Origin: Alphaproteobacteria bacterium
GTDB taxonomy: Bacteria; Pseudomonadota; Alphaproteobacteria; UBA7887
Direction: 5' to 3'
Assembly: GCA_965216755.1 (NCBI GenBank)
Contig: CBDCGL010000011.1
Coordinates: 864,001 to 928,000 of the forward strand
Length of the DNA stretch: 64,000 nt
The notes below the pieces were generated by a model. That model was not told where the DNA came from and ran no database searches. It saw nothing but the letters and a program-made list of their open reading frames with translations. Below, piece by piece: positions 34,913 through 43,630 of this stretch. Each line of letters begins with the position of its first letter. The first letter of the stretch is position 1. The translations under genes were made by a program, and so were the position numbers.

Positions 34913-36004
34913 TTAACGACGCACAACGCGCCGGTACCACATATACGTGCCGGAGCCGAAAAGAATGGCGACGGCTATTCCGCTAAGACAAGCCAGCAAC
35001 CGGCCGAACCAGCCGAGCACCGCTCCATTGTGGATTGGCCCGTTCCAACCACTGAAATAACGATCGACCGGATGTTCCTCTGGCGCGTCTGAGATACGCA
35101 ATACCTCACCTGAATACTGATCGACTGCCACCCATTTCGCCGGTCTCAATATCGCGCCATCCGACGGCAAGAATGCTACGCGGTAGGAGCCGCGCTCGCC
35201 CCTTGGCATCCACACGGCTTTTGTCCAATAGTTGGGAACCACGGCTTGTGCAGTGCGCATGGCCTGTGCAATGGAGATTGGCGCTTTTCCAGCCGCTGGC
35301 CGGGACTCAATTGGTGGCGGCCGCGCGTAATCCGCATCAAACAGGTTGATGGCCGCCCGTGTCATGCCGGGCAGCACCGACACGACGCCCGACAATGTGA
35401 GAAAAATCACAAAAATAAGGAAATAGATCCCCGCCACATTGTGAAGATCACGCAAGAACCTGCTCAGACCATGGCGCCATGTCACGGTCAATGATCGCTT
35501 GATCGCAACCGGCGCCGGCCACCAAAGGATTAGTCCAACCAAAATCATTGCCAGCATCACGAGAGAAACGACGCCGATGAACTTTGATCCCGGACGACCG
35601 AGCAGTAACGAAGTATGGATTCTGCGGAACGGTGTCACGAGGGTCCAACTGCCGCGCTCACCCAGTATCTCGGTCGTATAAGGGTCAACAGAGATCAGCC
35701 GGTCCCGCGCACCTTCCTTCCGCATGCGCAATCGAAACGCCTTGTCGGGATGACCGTCGTTGGGGAACACTGCGAACGGCCGCCGATCGGGCATGGCCGC
35801 AAGGGCAGACTCAACAACGGCCTCAATCGGGGCCAGTTCCGAACCGGGCGCGACAGTGTAAGCCGTCGGATCAAGTGCCGCTTCAATTTCGTGCTGATAG
35901 ATGGCCAACGATCCGGTCAGGCTGACGATCGTAAAGATCGCTCCCAATGTGAGCCCAACATAGCCATGGAGCGCGCGCAAGAATGGTCGGGACTTTCTCA
36001 CCAT
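34913..36004 (-). CDS. PepSY-associated TM helix domain protein (iron-regulated membrane protein type)
   Basis: Conserved His in TM helices (LHGYVG, RIHTSL, DLHNVAG, PIHNG) and VDPYT/VDQYSG PepSY motifs. Confidence 0.85.
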   Translation of the reverse strand: MVRKSRPFLRALHGYVGLTLGAIFTIVSLTGSLAIYQHEIEAALDPTAYTVAPGSELAPIEAVVESALAAMPDRRPFAVFPNDGHPDKAFRLRMRKEGARDRLISVDPYTTEILGERGSWTLVTPFRRIHTSLLLGRPGSKFIGVVSLVMLAMILVGLILWWPAPVAIKRSLTVTWRHGLSRFLRDLHNVAGIYFLIFVIFLTLSGVVSVLPGMTRAAINLFDADYARPPPIESRPAAGKAPISIAQAMRTAQAVVPNYWTKAVWMPRGERGSYRVAFLPSDGAILRPAKWVAVDQYSGEVLRISDAPEEHPVDRYFSGWNGPIHNGAVLGWFGRLLACLSGIAVAILFGSGTYMWYRRVVRR

Positions 36005-36159
36005 GGGTCAATGCATTCCTGGTTTCGAGGCGCGGCATTATGTCCGAAAATGAGTTACGCGACAGATTTCGAGAATTAAATGCAAAGGTGCGTCCGAGGT
36101 GGACTGAATAGCGGCGCACGCGACGGAAAACTGAACGCGAGACGAAAGACTGAGCCCGA

Positions 36160-37542
36160 ATGACAAAAGAAACAGAGCCGACTTTAGAATTGCTTCAGGA
36201 CGCCGCGCGCAGGGCCGCAGGCTATCTAGACCAACTGGACAATCGCCCCGTCGCCGCTTCGACTGCATCGATCGATTCCTTGGAACGCACGCTTTCCGGC
36301 CCCCTGCCGGACGGACCGTCGGACGCGGCTGAAATACTTGCGCAGTTGGATGCGTTTGGTTCGCCGGCAACTGTCGCCAGCGCCGGCGGGCGATATTTCG
36401 GTTTCGTGACCGGTGGCGCACTTCCGGCGACGGTTGCGGCGACTTTTCTGACGAGTGCATGGGATCAGAACTGTCACACATTTGCGGGCTCACCCGCCGG
36501 CGCGCTGTACGAAACAACCGCGCTGCGATGGCTCAAGGATGTGCTTGGCCTGCCACCGACAGCAGAGGGGGCGATCGTCACAGGCGCAACCATGGCGAAT
36601 TTCACATGTCTTGCGGCGGCCCGAAGCGAGGTTCTTCGGCAAGACGGCTGGGATGTCGAGAGCCAGGGTCTCTTCGGCGCACCGGAGATTACGGTCGTGG
36701 TCGGCGATGAAGCGCACGCCACGATCTTCAAGGTCCTGGCGATGCTTGGCCTGGGGCGCGACCGCGTTGTTCGTGTGGCTGTCGATAACCAAGGGCGCAT
36801 TCGGCCGGATGCGATGCCGCCACTTCGGCGGTCTACGATCCTGTGCCTTCAGGCCGGCAACGTGAACTCTGGCGCATTCGATCCCGCCGATCAGCTTATC
36901 TCCATGGCGCGGTCGGCGGGTGCGTGGGTCCATGTCGACGGCGCCTTTGGCCTGTGGGCTTTGGCATCGCCGGAACACGCAAAACTCGCATATGGTTTTG
37001 AAAAAGCCGATTCGTGGGCGACCGACGCGCACAAATGGCTCAATGTGCCCTACGACTGTGGCGTGGCGATGGTCGGTGATCCCATACCACTGTCCCGGGC
37101 CATGTCATTGGATGCCGCGTATTTGGTCTCAAGCTCCAAACGCGATGCCATAAATTTCACGCCGGACAGCTCGCGTCGAGCCAGAGCCATCGAGATTTGG
37201 GCAGCGCTGCGCGCTTTGGGGAAATCCGGCATCGCTGACCTGGTGCGCCGAAACTGCAGTCAGGCGACGCAGTTCGCGCAAGCCTTGCGCGACGACGGTG
37301 TCGAAATCCTCAATGACGTCATTCTTAATCAAGTTGTTGCCGCATTTGGTGACGATACCCGGACCCGCCGCGTGATCGAGGCCGTCCAGGCCAGCGGCGT
37401 CTGTTGGTGCGCTGGCACAACCTGGCGCGGCCGCGCGGCGATGCGAATTAGTGTCAGTTCCTGGGCGACAACCGAACGAGATATCGTACTGTCACTCAAG
37501 GCGATCCGCAAAGCTCACCAAACGATCAAGAGTTCTGCTTAG
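36160..37542 (+). CDS. Group II PLP-dependent amino-acid decarboxylase family protein
   Basis: Motifs RYFGFVTGG, GATMAN, EAHAT, HVDGAFG and PLP lysine motif DAHKWLN. Confidence 0.9.
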   Translation: MTKETEPTLELLQDAARRAAGYLDQLDNRPVAASTASIDSLERTLSGPLPDGPSDAAEILAQLDAFGSPATVASAGGRYFGFVTGGALPATVAATFLTSAWDQNCHTFAGSPAGALYETTALRWLKDVLGLPPTAEGAIVTGATMANFTCLAAARSEVLRQDGWDVESQGLFGAPEITVVVGDEAHATIFKVLAMLGLGRDRVVRVAVDNQGRIRPDAMPPLRRSTILCLQAGNVNSGAFDPADQLISMARSAGAWVHVDGAFGLWALASPEHAKLAYGFEKADSWATDAHKWLNVPYDCGVAMVGDPIPLSRAMSLDAAYLVSSSKRDAINFTPDSSRRARAIEIWAALRALGKSGIADLVRRNCSQATQFAQALRDDGVEILNDVILNQVVAAFGDDTRTRRVIEAVQASGVCWCAGTTWRGRAAMRISVSSWATTERDIVLSLKAIRKAHQTIKSSA

Positions 37543-37730
37543 CGTGCCAATTTTCCCACCGCGCGCCGCACGGCACGGCCGGCAGCACGCGCCCGGTCGT
37601 CGGATTTCGCCACCCGCTTGGCTTCGTCAAACACGACGCGCGCGGTGTCCGCAGCTCTTTGTCGAGCCCGCGGATCGGATGCGAATTTCTGGGCTCCGTA
37701 GCGCACCAAATGACGCAATAAGAACGACAT
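37539..37730 (-). CDS. Small basic hypothetical protein (63 aa)
   Basis: MSFLLRHLVRYGAQKFASDPRARQRAA... is helical and Arg/Ala-rich, and fills the gap convergent with the decarboxylase. Confidence 0.55.
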   Translation of the reverse strand: MSFLLRHLVRYGAQKFASDPRARQRAADTARVVFDEAKRVAKSDDRARAAGRAVRRAVGKLAR

Positions 37731-38030
37731 AACCAGATCATATTGTATGAAACGGGCGCCTGTCACGGATATCGCGCCCCGCGCATTATCCATAATGTCA
37801 AAATGGTTATCTTGCGTGGAGTCTGTTATGCCCAAAAACCGAAACGCAGAATATAAATCATTGATAACAAATATAAAAACGAATTAGTCAAATGCTTGGA
37901 TCTAAGCCGTTAGATTTGCGTATCGCGCTGCAAGAAACTATCCTAGGCGCGCCGCCGCGCCAGCCATCCCATATCCATGGGTAGCGCTCCCCGCCGGTCG
38001 GCCGGCATCACGCGAAGGAATGAATGAGCC

Positions 38031-39362
38031 ATGAGCAATGCCATGACGTCTTCTGGAACTCGGGAAACCGGCCGTATTGTCACGATGTCGGACAGCGCGA
38101 CCGGCAAGAGCGTTGAGTTGCCGGTTCTGGCTGGCACGATTGGGCCAGATGTTATCGATATTCGTCGGCTTTATGCCGAAACCGGGATGTTCACATACGA
38201 CCCTGGTTACACCTCGACGGGAAGTGCGGAATCCAGCATCACGTTCATCGATGGCGACAAAGGCATCTTGCTTCATCGCGGTTATTCGATCGAAGACCTA
38301 ACCGAACATAGCGATTTCCTCGACGTCGCTTATCTGTTGCTTTACGGCGAATTGCCCGATAATGCGGCGAAAAGCACGTTCGTGGACACTGTGACGTATC
38401 ACACAATGGTTCACGAACAGATCACCTATTTATTTCGCGGGTTTCGGCGCGACGCCCACCCAATGGCGGTGTTGATTGGTGTCGTCGGTGCTCTATCGGC
38501 GTTCTATCACGACAATACGGATCTCAGCGATCCGCACCAGCGTGACATCGTTTCCCACCGCCTCATTGCCAAAATGCCAACGATTGCGGCAATGGCCTAC
38601 AAGTATTCCATTGGCCAGCCATTTATTTATCCACGAAATGATCTGACCTACGCCGAGAACTTCTTGCACATGATGTTCGCGGTCCCGGCGGAAAACTACA
38701 GGGTCAATCCGATCTTCGCCAAAGCGATCGACAAACTATTTATTCTGCACGCGGACCACGAGCAAAACGCGTCGACCTCGACAGTTCGGCTCGCCGGATC
38801 TTCCGGGGCCAATCCGTTCGCGTGTATCGCGGCGGGGGTTGCCTCCCTTTGGGGGCCGGCGCATGGGGGCGCCAATGAAGCAGTTCTTCAAATGCTTGGC
38901 GAGATTCAGTCGGTCGATCGCATTCCGGAGTACTTGGCGCGTGCGAAGGATAAGGACGACCCATTTCGGTTGATGGGTTTCGGCCACCGCGTCTACAAGA
39001 ATTACGATCCACGTGCCAAGGTGATCCGCCAAACCGCGCATGACGTTATGGGCGAGTTAGGGATCGATAACGAACCGCTCCTTAAATTGGCAATGGAGTT
39101 AGAGCGAATTGCCCTAGAGGACGAGTATTTCGTGGACCGCAAATTGTTCCCCAATGTTGATTTCTATTCCGGGATCATTTTGCGCGCGCTTGGCATCCCG
39201 ACCTCGCTCTTCACCGTGCTCTTTGCTGTTGCGCGGACAGTCGGATGGGTCGCCCAGTGGAATGAAATGATCGTCGACCCATCGCAAAAAATCGGTCGGC
39301 CACGGCAGCTTTATACTGGCTCGAACACCCGCCCGTATGTGAAGTTGGAAGATCGAGGATAG
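38031..39362 (+). CDS. gltA: Citrate synthase (type II)
   Basis: Motifs [35 protein letters not shown] and PNVDFYSG. Confidence 0.98.
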   Translation: MSNAMTSSGTRETGRIVTMSDSATGKSVELPVLAGTIGPDVIDIRRLYAETGMFTYDPGYTSTGSAESSITFIDGDKGILLHRGYSIEDLTEHSDFLDVAYLLLYGELPDNAAKSTFVDTVTYHTMVHEQITYLFRGFRRDAHPMAVLIGVVGALSAFYHDNTDLSDPHQRDIVSHRLIAKMPTIAAMAYKYSIGQPFIYPRNDLTYAENFLHMMFAVPAENYRVNPIFAKAIDKLFILHADHEQNASTSTVRLAGSSGANPFACIAAGVASLWGPAHGGANEAVLQMLGEIQSVDRIPEYLARAKDKDDPFRLMGFGHRVYKNYDPRAKVIRQTAHDVMGELGIDNEPLLKLAMELERIALEDEYFVDRKLFPNVDFYSGIILRALGIPTSLFTVLFAVARTVGWVAQWNEMIVDPSQKIGRPRQLYTGSNTRPYVKLEDRG

Positions 39363-39390
39363 AGCGACCAAACCAACGTTGCTTGGTTCG

Positions 39391-39795
39391 CTATTTTCTT
39401 TCAATCAGCTCGATCTTGTAACCGTCCGGATCTTCGATGAAGGCAATCACCGTGGTGCCGTGCTTCATCGGTCCAGGTTCACGGACAATTTTGCCGCCGG
39501 CCGCGCGCAGCTGTTCACAGGTCGCAAAGATGTCCGGCACACCCAGCGCGACGTGACCGTAACCACTGCCGAGATCATAGGGTGCCTCTTGATCCCAATT
39601 GTGGGTCAATTCCAGCACTGTCTCGCTTTCCTCTGGGCCATATCCGACGAACGCCAGCGTGAACTTGCCATCGGGAAAATCACGTCTCCGCAACAGGTCC
39701 ATACCGAGCAGTTCGGTATAGAACGCAAGCGATGCATCCAGATCCTTCACCCGGATCATTGTGTGCAGCATGCGGAACTTGCCATTCTCGGGCAT
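39391..39795 (-). CDS. gloA: Lactoylglutathione lyase (glyoxalase I)
   Basis: Motifs [20 protein letters not shown] and [13 protein letters not shown] 39795 follows an AAAGGAAAG RBS. Confidence 0.95.
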   Translation of the reverse strand: MPENGKFRMLHTMIRVKDLDASLAFYTELLGMDLLRRRDFPDGKFTLAFVGYGPEESETVLELTHNWDQEAPYDLGSGYGHVALGVPDIFATCEQLRAAGGKIVREPGPMKHGTTVIAFIEDPDGYKIELIERK

Positions 39796-39809
39796 TAATA
39801 GCTTTCCTT

Positions 39810-40673
39810 TCATTGTGGCGCGGGTCGTAACGGCCTTTGTACTCCGGCCAGAATTTCCGCCGGCCTTACGCCGATTACAAACAAATCGCGCGAGTCGGCC
39901 AGTGCAATCGCGTCGTCTCGATCGACGAATAACGTGGCGTCCGCCTCTACGGCAATCCCTCTTAGGCCGGCGTCAACGGCACATTGTACGGTACCTAGAC
40001 CGATGGTCGGCAAATCAGCGCGCCGATCCTGGCCAGGCTTCTTGACCTTTACCAATACGCCACCCGGCCCGTCACGTTTCAGCGCACCGCATCGATTGAC
40101 CAAAGCGTCGGTTCCCTCAACGGCTTCCACACCCAATACGATGCCATGCTGGATCACCGCGGCTTGGCCAATATCGACCGCACCAATGGCACTCGCCACC
40201 TCGACACCTCGGGCAATATCTCGGGCGTCCTCGCGCCTCGGCTGCACGCGCCCCATCGGGCCATCACCAACCAACAAAGCCGACGCGACATCCTGGGCAC
40301 CGACAACTGTGAATCCTTCTTGTTCCAATTCCTCGATCACGATCTTCAAGAGCGAGGCATCACTTTCCTCTGACGCGATCAACTTGGGTACGATCTTTAG
40401 TGCCCGCATGTCGGGTCTCAGCGAACCCAATGACGGACGGCCCACCGGCCCGGCCAGGACGACCTCTTCAACTTGGGCTTTCTTTAGTGCCTGTAGCAGC
40501 CTGCCCACCGCACCCAAGCGCACCCAACGATGATCCGTATCAAGAACGAGGTCGGGATCCGTGATACCGTCGAATGCGACGATGAACACGGCTCTGTGTT
40601 CATCGCGACAACAAGTCAGCAACTGCCTAGGCAACTGGCCGCCGCCCGCAACGATCCCCAGCTTAGGCCGCAC
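39810..40673 (-). CDS. lpxI: UDP-2,3-diacylglucosamine diphosphatase LpxI
   Basis: Motifs [25 protein letters not shown] and [17 protein letters not shown] start at 40673. Confidence 0.92.
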   Translation of the reverse strand: MRPKLGIVAGGGQLPRQLLTCCRDEHRAVFIVAFDGITDPDLVLDTDHRWVRLGAVGRLLQALKKAQVEEVVLAGPVGRPSLGSLRPDMRALKIVPKLIASEESDASLLKIVIEELEQEGFTVVGAQDVASALLVGDGPMGRVQPRREDARDIARGVEVASAIGAVDIGQAAVIQHGIVLGVEAVEGTDALVNRCGALKRDGPGGVLVKVKKPGQDRRADLPTIGLGTVQCAVDAGLRGIAVEADATLFVDRDDAIALADSRDLFVIGVRPAEILAGVQRPLRPAPQ

Positions 40674-41481
40674 GGTCCAGCTTTGGCTGGCAAATCGCCC
40701 GCGAGCTTTGCTCGCGAATAAATCGAACGATTTCCATGACCGGCTCGACGGTCCCGAGTTCCTCGGCAACGTCTTGCAAACGTTCTGCCATGGTTCCTTC
40801 CTCAGCGAACATCAGACGATAGGCCTTGCGCATATCGTGGATGGTCTCGCGCGAAAACCCACGGCGCTTTAGGCCGACGACGTTCAGACCGGACAGAAAA
40901 GCGCGGTTGCCCATCACCGAACCATACGGAATTACGTCGTTCTCAACGCCAGACATGCCACCGATCATGGCGTGCCGACCGATGCGAACAAATTGGTGGA
41001 CCGCACTGAGCCCGCCCAAAATCGCATACTCCCCAACTTCGACATGGCCACCCAGGGTCGCGTTGTTCGCCATAACCACATGATCGCCGATGTGGCAATC
41101 GTGCGCGACATGAATGCCGACCATAAAGAGGCCGTGATCGCCCACTTTCGTGGTCATGCCGCCGCCGCGCGTGCCTGGATGCATCGTGGCATGCTCGCGG
41201 ATGATGTTGTCGGACCCTATCTCTAGGCGCGACGGCTCGTCGGCATACTTCATGTCCTGAGGTCGATGGCCGATGACAGCATAGGGAAATATCCGCGTAC
41301 GCGGCCCGATCTTCGTACGGCCCGCGATAACAACATGGGATTCCAAGACGATGCCGGCCGCAAGATGCACGTCATTTCCCACGACGCAATAAGGACCAAT
41401 GAATACATCACGGTCGATCGTCGCTCCCGCTTCGACGAGCGCCGTCGGATGAATCTCGACACTTGGATGGATTTGGCTCAT
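40663..41481 (-). CDS. lpxA: UDP-N-acetylglucosamine O-acyltransferase
   Basis: Hexapeptide repeats, PQDMKY, HVAHDC, VHQFVRIG and GLNVVGLKRRG. Confidence 0.97.
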   Translation of the reverse strand: MSQIHPSVEIHPTALVEAGATIDRDVFIGPYCVVGNDVHLAAGIVLESHVVIAGRTKIGPRTRIFPYAVIGHRPQDMKYADEPSRLEIGSDNIIREHATMHPGTRGGGMTTKVGDHGLFMVGIHVAHDCHIGDHVVMANNATLGGHVEVGEYAILGGLSAVHQFVRIGRHAMIGGMSGVENDVIPYGSVMGNRAFLSGLNVVGLKRRGFSRETIHDMRKAYRLMFAEEGTMAERLQDVAEELGTVEPVMEIVRFIREQSSRAICQPKLDRAA

Positions 41482-41503
41482 GTATGGATGTTCCGGACGA
41501 TGC

Positions 41504-41971
41504 TCAACGATCCAAAATCATGGCTGCGATTTTCGCCTCCGCGCATAAGGTGTCTTCCACCAAAACGCGGCAATCGAACTTCCACACATTGGCGCGATTG
41601 CGGGATTTTGAAACGTGTACGCGCATCGAGTCGCCCGGCACGACCGGCTTGCGAAATCGGGCGCCGTCGACAGACATGAAATAGACCAGCTTTCCCTCTG
41701 CCGCTTTGCCCAAAGTGTGCACCACCAGCAACGCAGAGGTCTGCGCCATCGACTCGATGATCAAGACACCCGGCATGACCGGCTCGCGCGGGAAATGCCC
41801 TTGGAAAAATGGTTCGTTGATTGTGACATTCTTTAGCCCGACAGCACCCTCGCCCGGCACCATATCAAGGACTCGATCAACCAACAAAAACGGGTAGCGG
41901 TGTGGGATCATTTCCATGATCCGTCCAATGTCCGTCGGACCTAATGCGGCCGTTGACGCGTCGCTATCCAT
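41504..41971 (-). CDS. fabZ: 3-hydroxyacyl-ACP dehydratase
   Basis: Motifs PHRYPFLLVD and NEPFFQGHFP..PVMPGVLIIE. Confidence 0.97.
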   Translation of the reverse strand: MDSDASTAALGPTDIGRIMEMIPHRYPFLLVDRVLDMVPGEGAVGLKNVTINEPFFQGHFPREPVMPGVLIIESMAQTSALLVVHTLGKAAEGKLVYFMSVDGARFRKPVVPGDSMRVHVSKSRNRANVWKFDCRVLVEDTLCAEAKIAAMILDR

Positions 41972-43006
41972 TTACCCTGCGCCTCTTATCTTTCCTTTTG
42001 CCATCAGGGCAAGTCGCGCGACCTGGCGACGCCACTGTTGCATTGGTACGGCTGGCGTTCCACCAAATGTCTCACCCTGTGGAATGCTACTGCTGACCCC
42101 CCCTTGTGCCGCGACCGTAGCGCCGGCACCGATCCGCAAATGCCCCGCAACACCAACTTGGCCGGCAAGGACGACGTTGTCCTCCAAATGCGTGCTACCC
42201 GAAATGCCAACCTGTGCGACGATGACGCAGTTGCGTCCGATCCGTACGTTGTGCGCAATTTGGACTAGGTTATCGATCTTCGTGCCGGCACCAACGAGTG
42301 TATCAGGGCCCGCGCCGCGATCAATTGTCGTGTTCGCACCGATTTCAACGTCATCTTCAATTATGACCCGCCCCACTTGCGCGACTTTCTGGAGTCCTGT
42401 CGGGCCTGGTGCATAACCGAACCCGTCCTGCCCGATACGGACGCCGCCATGGATGATCACGCGGGCGCCAATCAAGCAATAACTCAGGGTCGCGCCCATA
42501 CCGATGCTGCAATCGTCGCCGATGACAACATGACGTCCGACAACGGCATTGGCGGCAATCCTGCAGCGCGCACCGACTTGGGCGCCGTCGCTGACGACCG
42601 CACCCGCGTCGATTTGGCACGCGTCTCCAATCCGCGCCGTCGGCGCGATCGCCGCGGATGCGTGTATACCCTGAACCTCAACGGGGCTTGTCGGATAAAA
42701 AAGTTGTGACGCTTTGGCGTAGGCCAAATACGGCGTACTCGTCACCAACACGACCATATTGGGCGGAGCCTTGTCGGCGTGATCCTGACTGACAAATGCC
42801 GCCCCCGCATTGGAGGCCCGAAAATCATCTACATACCGTCGATTGTCGAGAAAGCTGACATGTGTGGGCTTCGCACTCGTCAACGGCGCAATATCGTCAA
42901 TTTGGCGATCCGCAGCGGCCGAGTCCTTCAGCGTCGCTTCGCCCACCGATGCGACCACGCCGACGGTGAATGGACCTTTCGGCTCGAAAAAACGCCGCTC
43001 TGCCAT
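41972..43006 (-). CDS. lpxD: UDP-3-O-acylglucosamine N-acyltransferase
   Basis: Motifs IGQDGFGY, EIGANTTIDRG and KIDNLVQIAHNV. Confidence 0.97.
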   Translation of the reverse strand: MAERRFFEPKGPFTVGVVASVGEATLKDSAAADRQIDDIAPLTSAKPTHVSFLDNRRYVDDFRASNAGAAFVSQDHADKAPPNMVVLVTSTPYLAYAKASQLFYPTSPVEVQGIHASAAIAPTARIGDACQIDAGAVVSDGAQVGARCRIAANAVVGRHVVIGDDCSIGMGATLSYCLIGARVIIHGGVRIGQDGFGYAPGPTGLQKVAQVGRVIIEDDVEIGANTTIDRGAGPDTLVGAGTKIDNLVQIAHNVRIGRNCVIVAQVGISGSTHLEDNVVLAGQVGVAGHLRIGAGATVAAQGGVSSSIPQGETFGGTPAVPMQQWRRQVARLALMAKGKIRGAG

Positions 43007-43012
43007 GGTTTC

Positions 43013-43600
43013 CTATTCGCTGCTCTCCGGTGGCGTCGTCGAAACGGCGGGAAGTCGCTCGTTCAGCATGTCCACAACTGTGGTCGAAAAATCTAAGTTC
43101 TTGGACACCAAGAGAACCTGGGACTTGTCCAGCACGATCGTATAACTTCGCTGATCGGCAATTTCAGCGACAATGTTCAAGGCCGCGCTCTGAACTTGAT
43201 TCATGCCGTAGGCCAGAACCTCTTCAAGCTGTTTGTTCCGGGCGACAACATCGCGCTGCAACTCTTCAACTTCCTTGGCAAACGCCGATTCACGTTCGGC
43301 AAAGGCTTCGGGTGCCATGACAGTGCGTTGGCGCTGCAGCTCCTCCTGCTTGGTGCGCAAAGCATCCTCTTTCGCACTAATCTCGGAGCGATAGGTCTCC
43401 TGCTGCGCTTCAACTTCCTGCCGGACCCCTTGCGCGGCAACCGAATCGCGCAAGATATGCTGCAAATCAACAACACCGATACGTTCGAGGGCCGCGTCAT
43501 CCTGGGCCCGCGCTGGGGTCGCGGGCAGACAAGTGAATGCGGCGTAGCCCATTGCGGCGCCCACGATCCAGTGAACAGACCGTCGCGTGACGTTTGTCAT
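43013..43600 (-). CDS. skp: OmpH/Skp periplasmic chaperone
   Basis: Signal peptide, IGVVDLQ and a long coiled coil. Lies between bamA and lpxD. Confidence 0.88.
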   Translation of the reverse strand: MTNVTRRSVHWIVGAAMGYAAFTCLPATPARAQDDAALERIGVVDLQHILRDSVAAQGVRQEVEAQQETYRSEISAKEDALRTKQEELQRQRTVMAPEAFAERESAFAKEVEELQRDVVARNKQLEEVLAYGMNQVQSAALNIVAEIADQRSYTIVLDKSQVLLVSKNLDFSTTVVDMLNERLPAVSTTPPESSE

Positions 43601-43630
43601 GTTGTCTTCGTCCTGATTAGCCGGTCGTAA

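Noticed and set aside
39810-39860. LpxI C-terminal tail ([10 protein letters not shown]) as a scar of a deleted lpxB start
   Set aside because: The resemblance covers only about four residues and there is no start codon.
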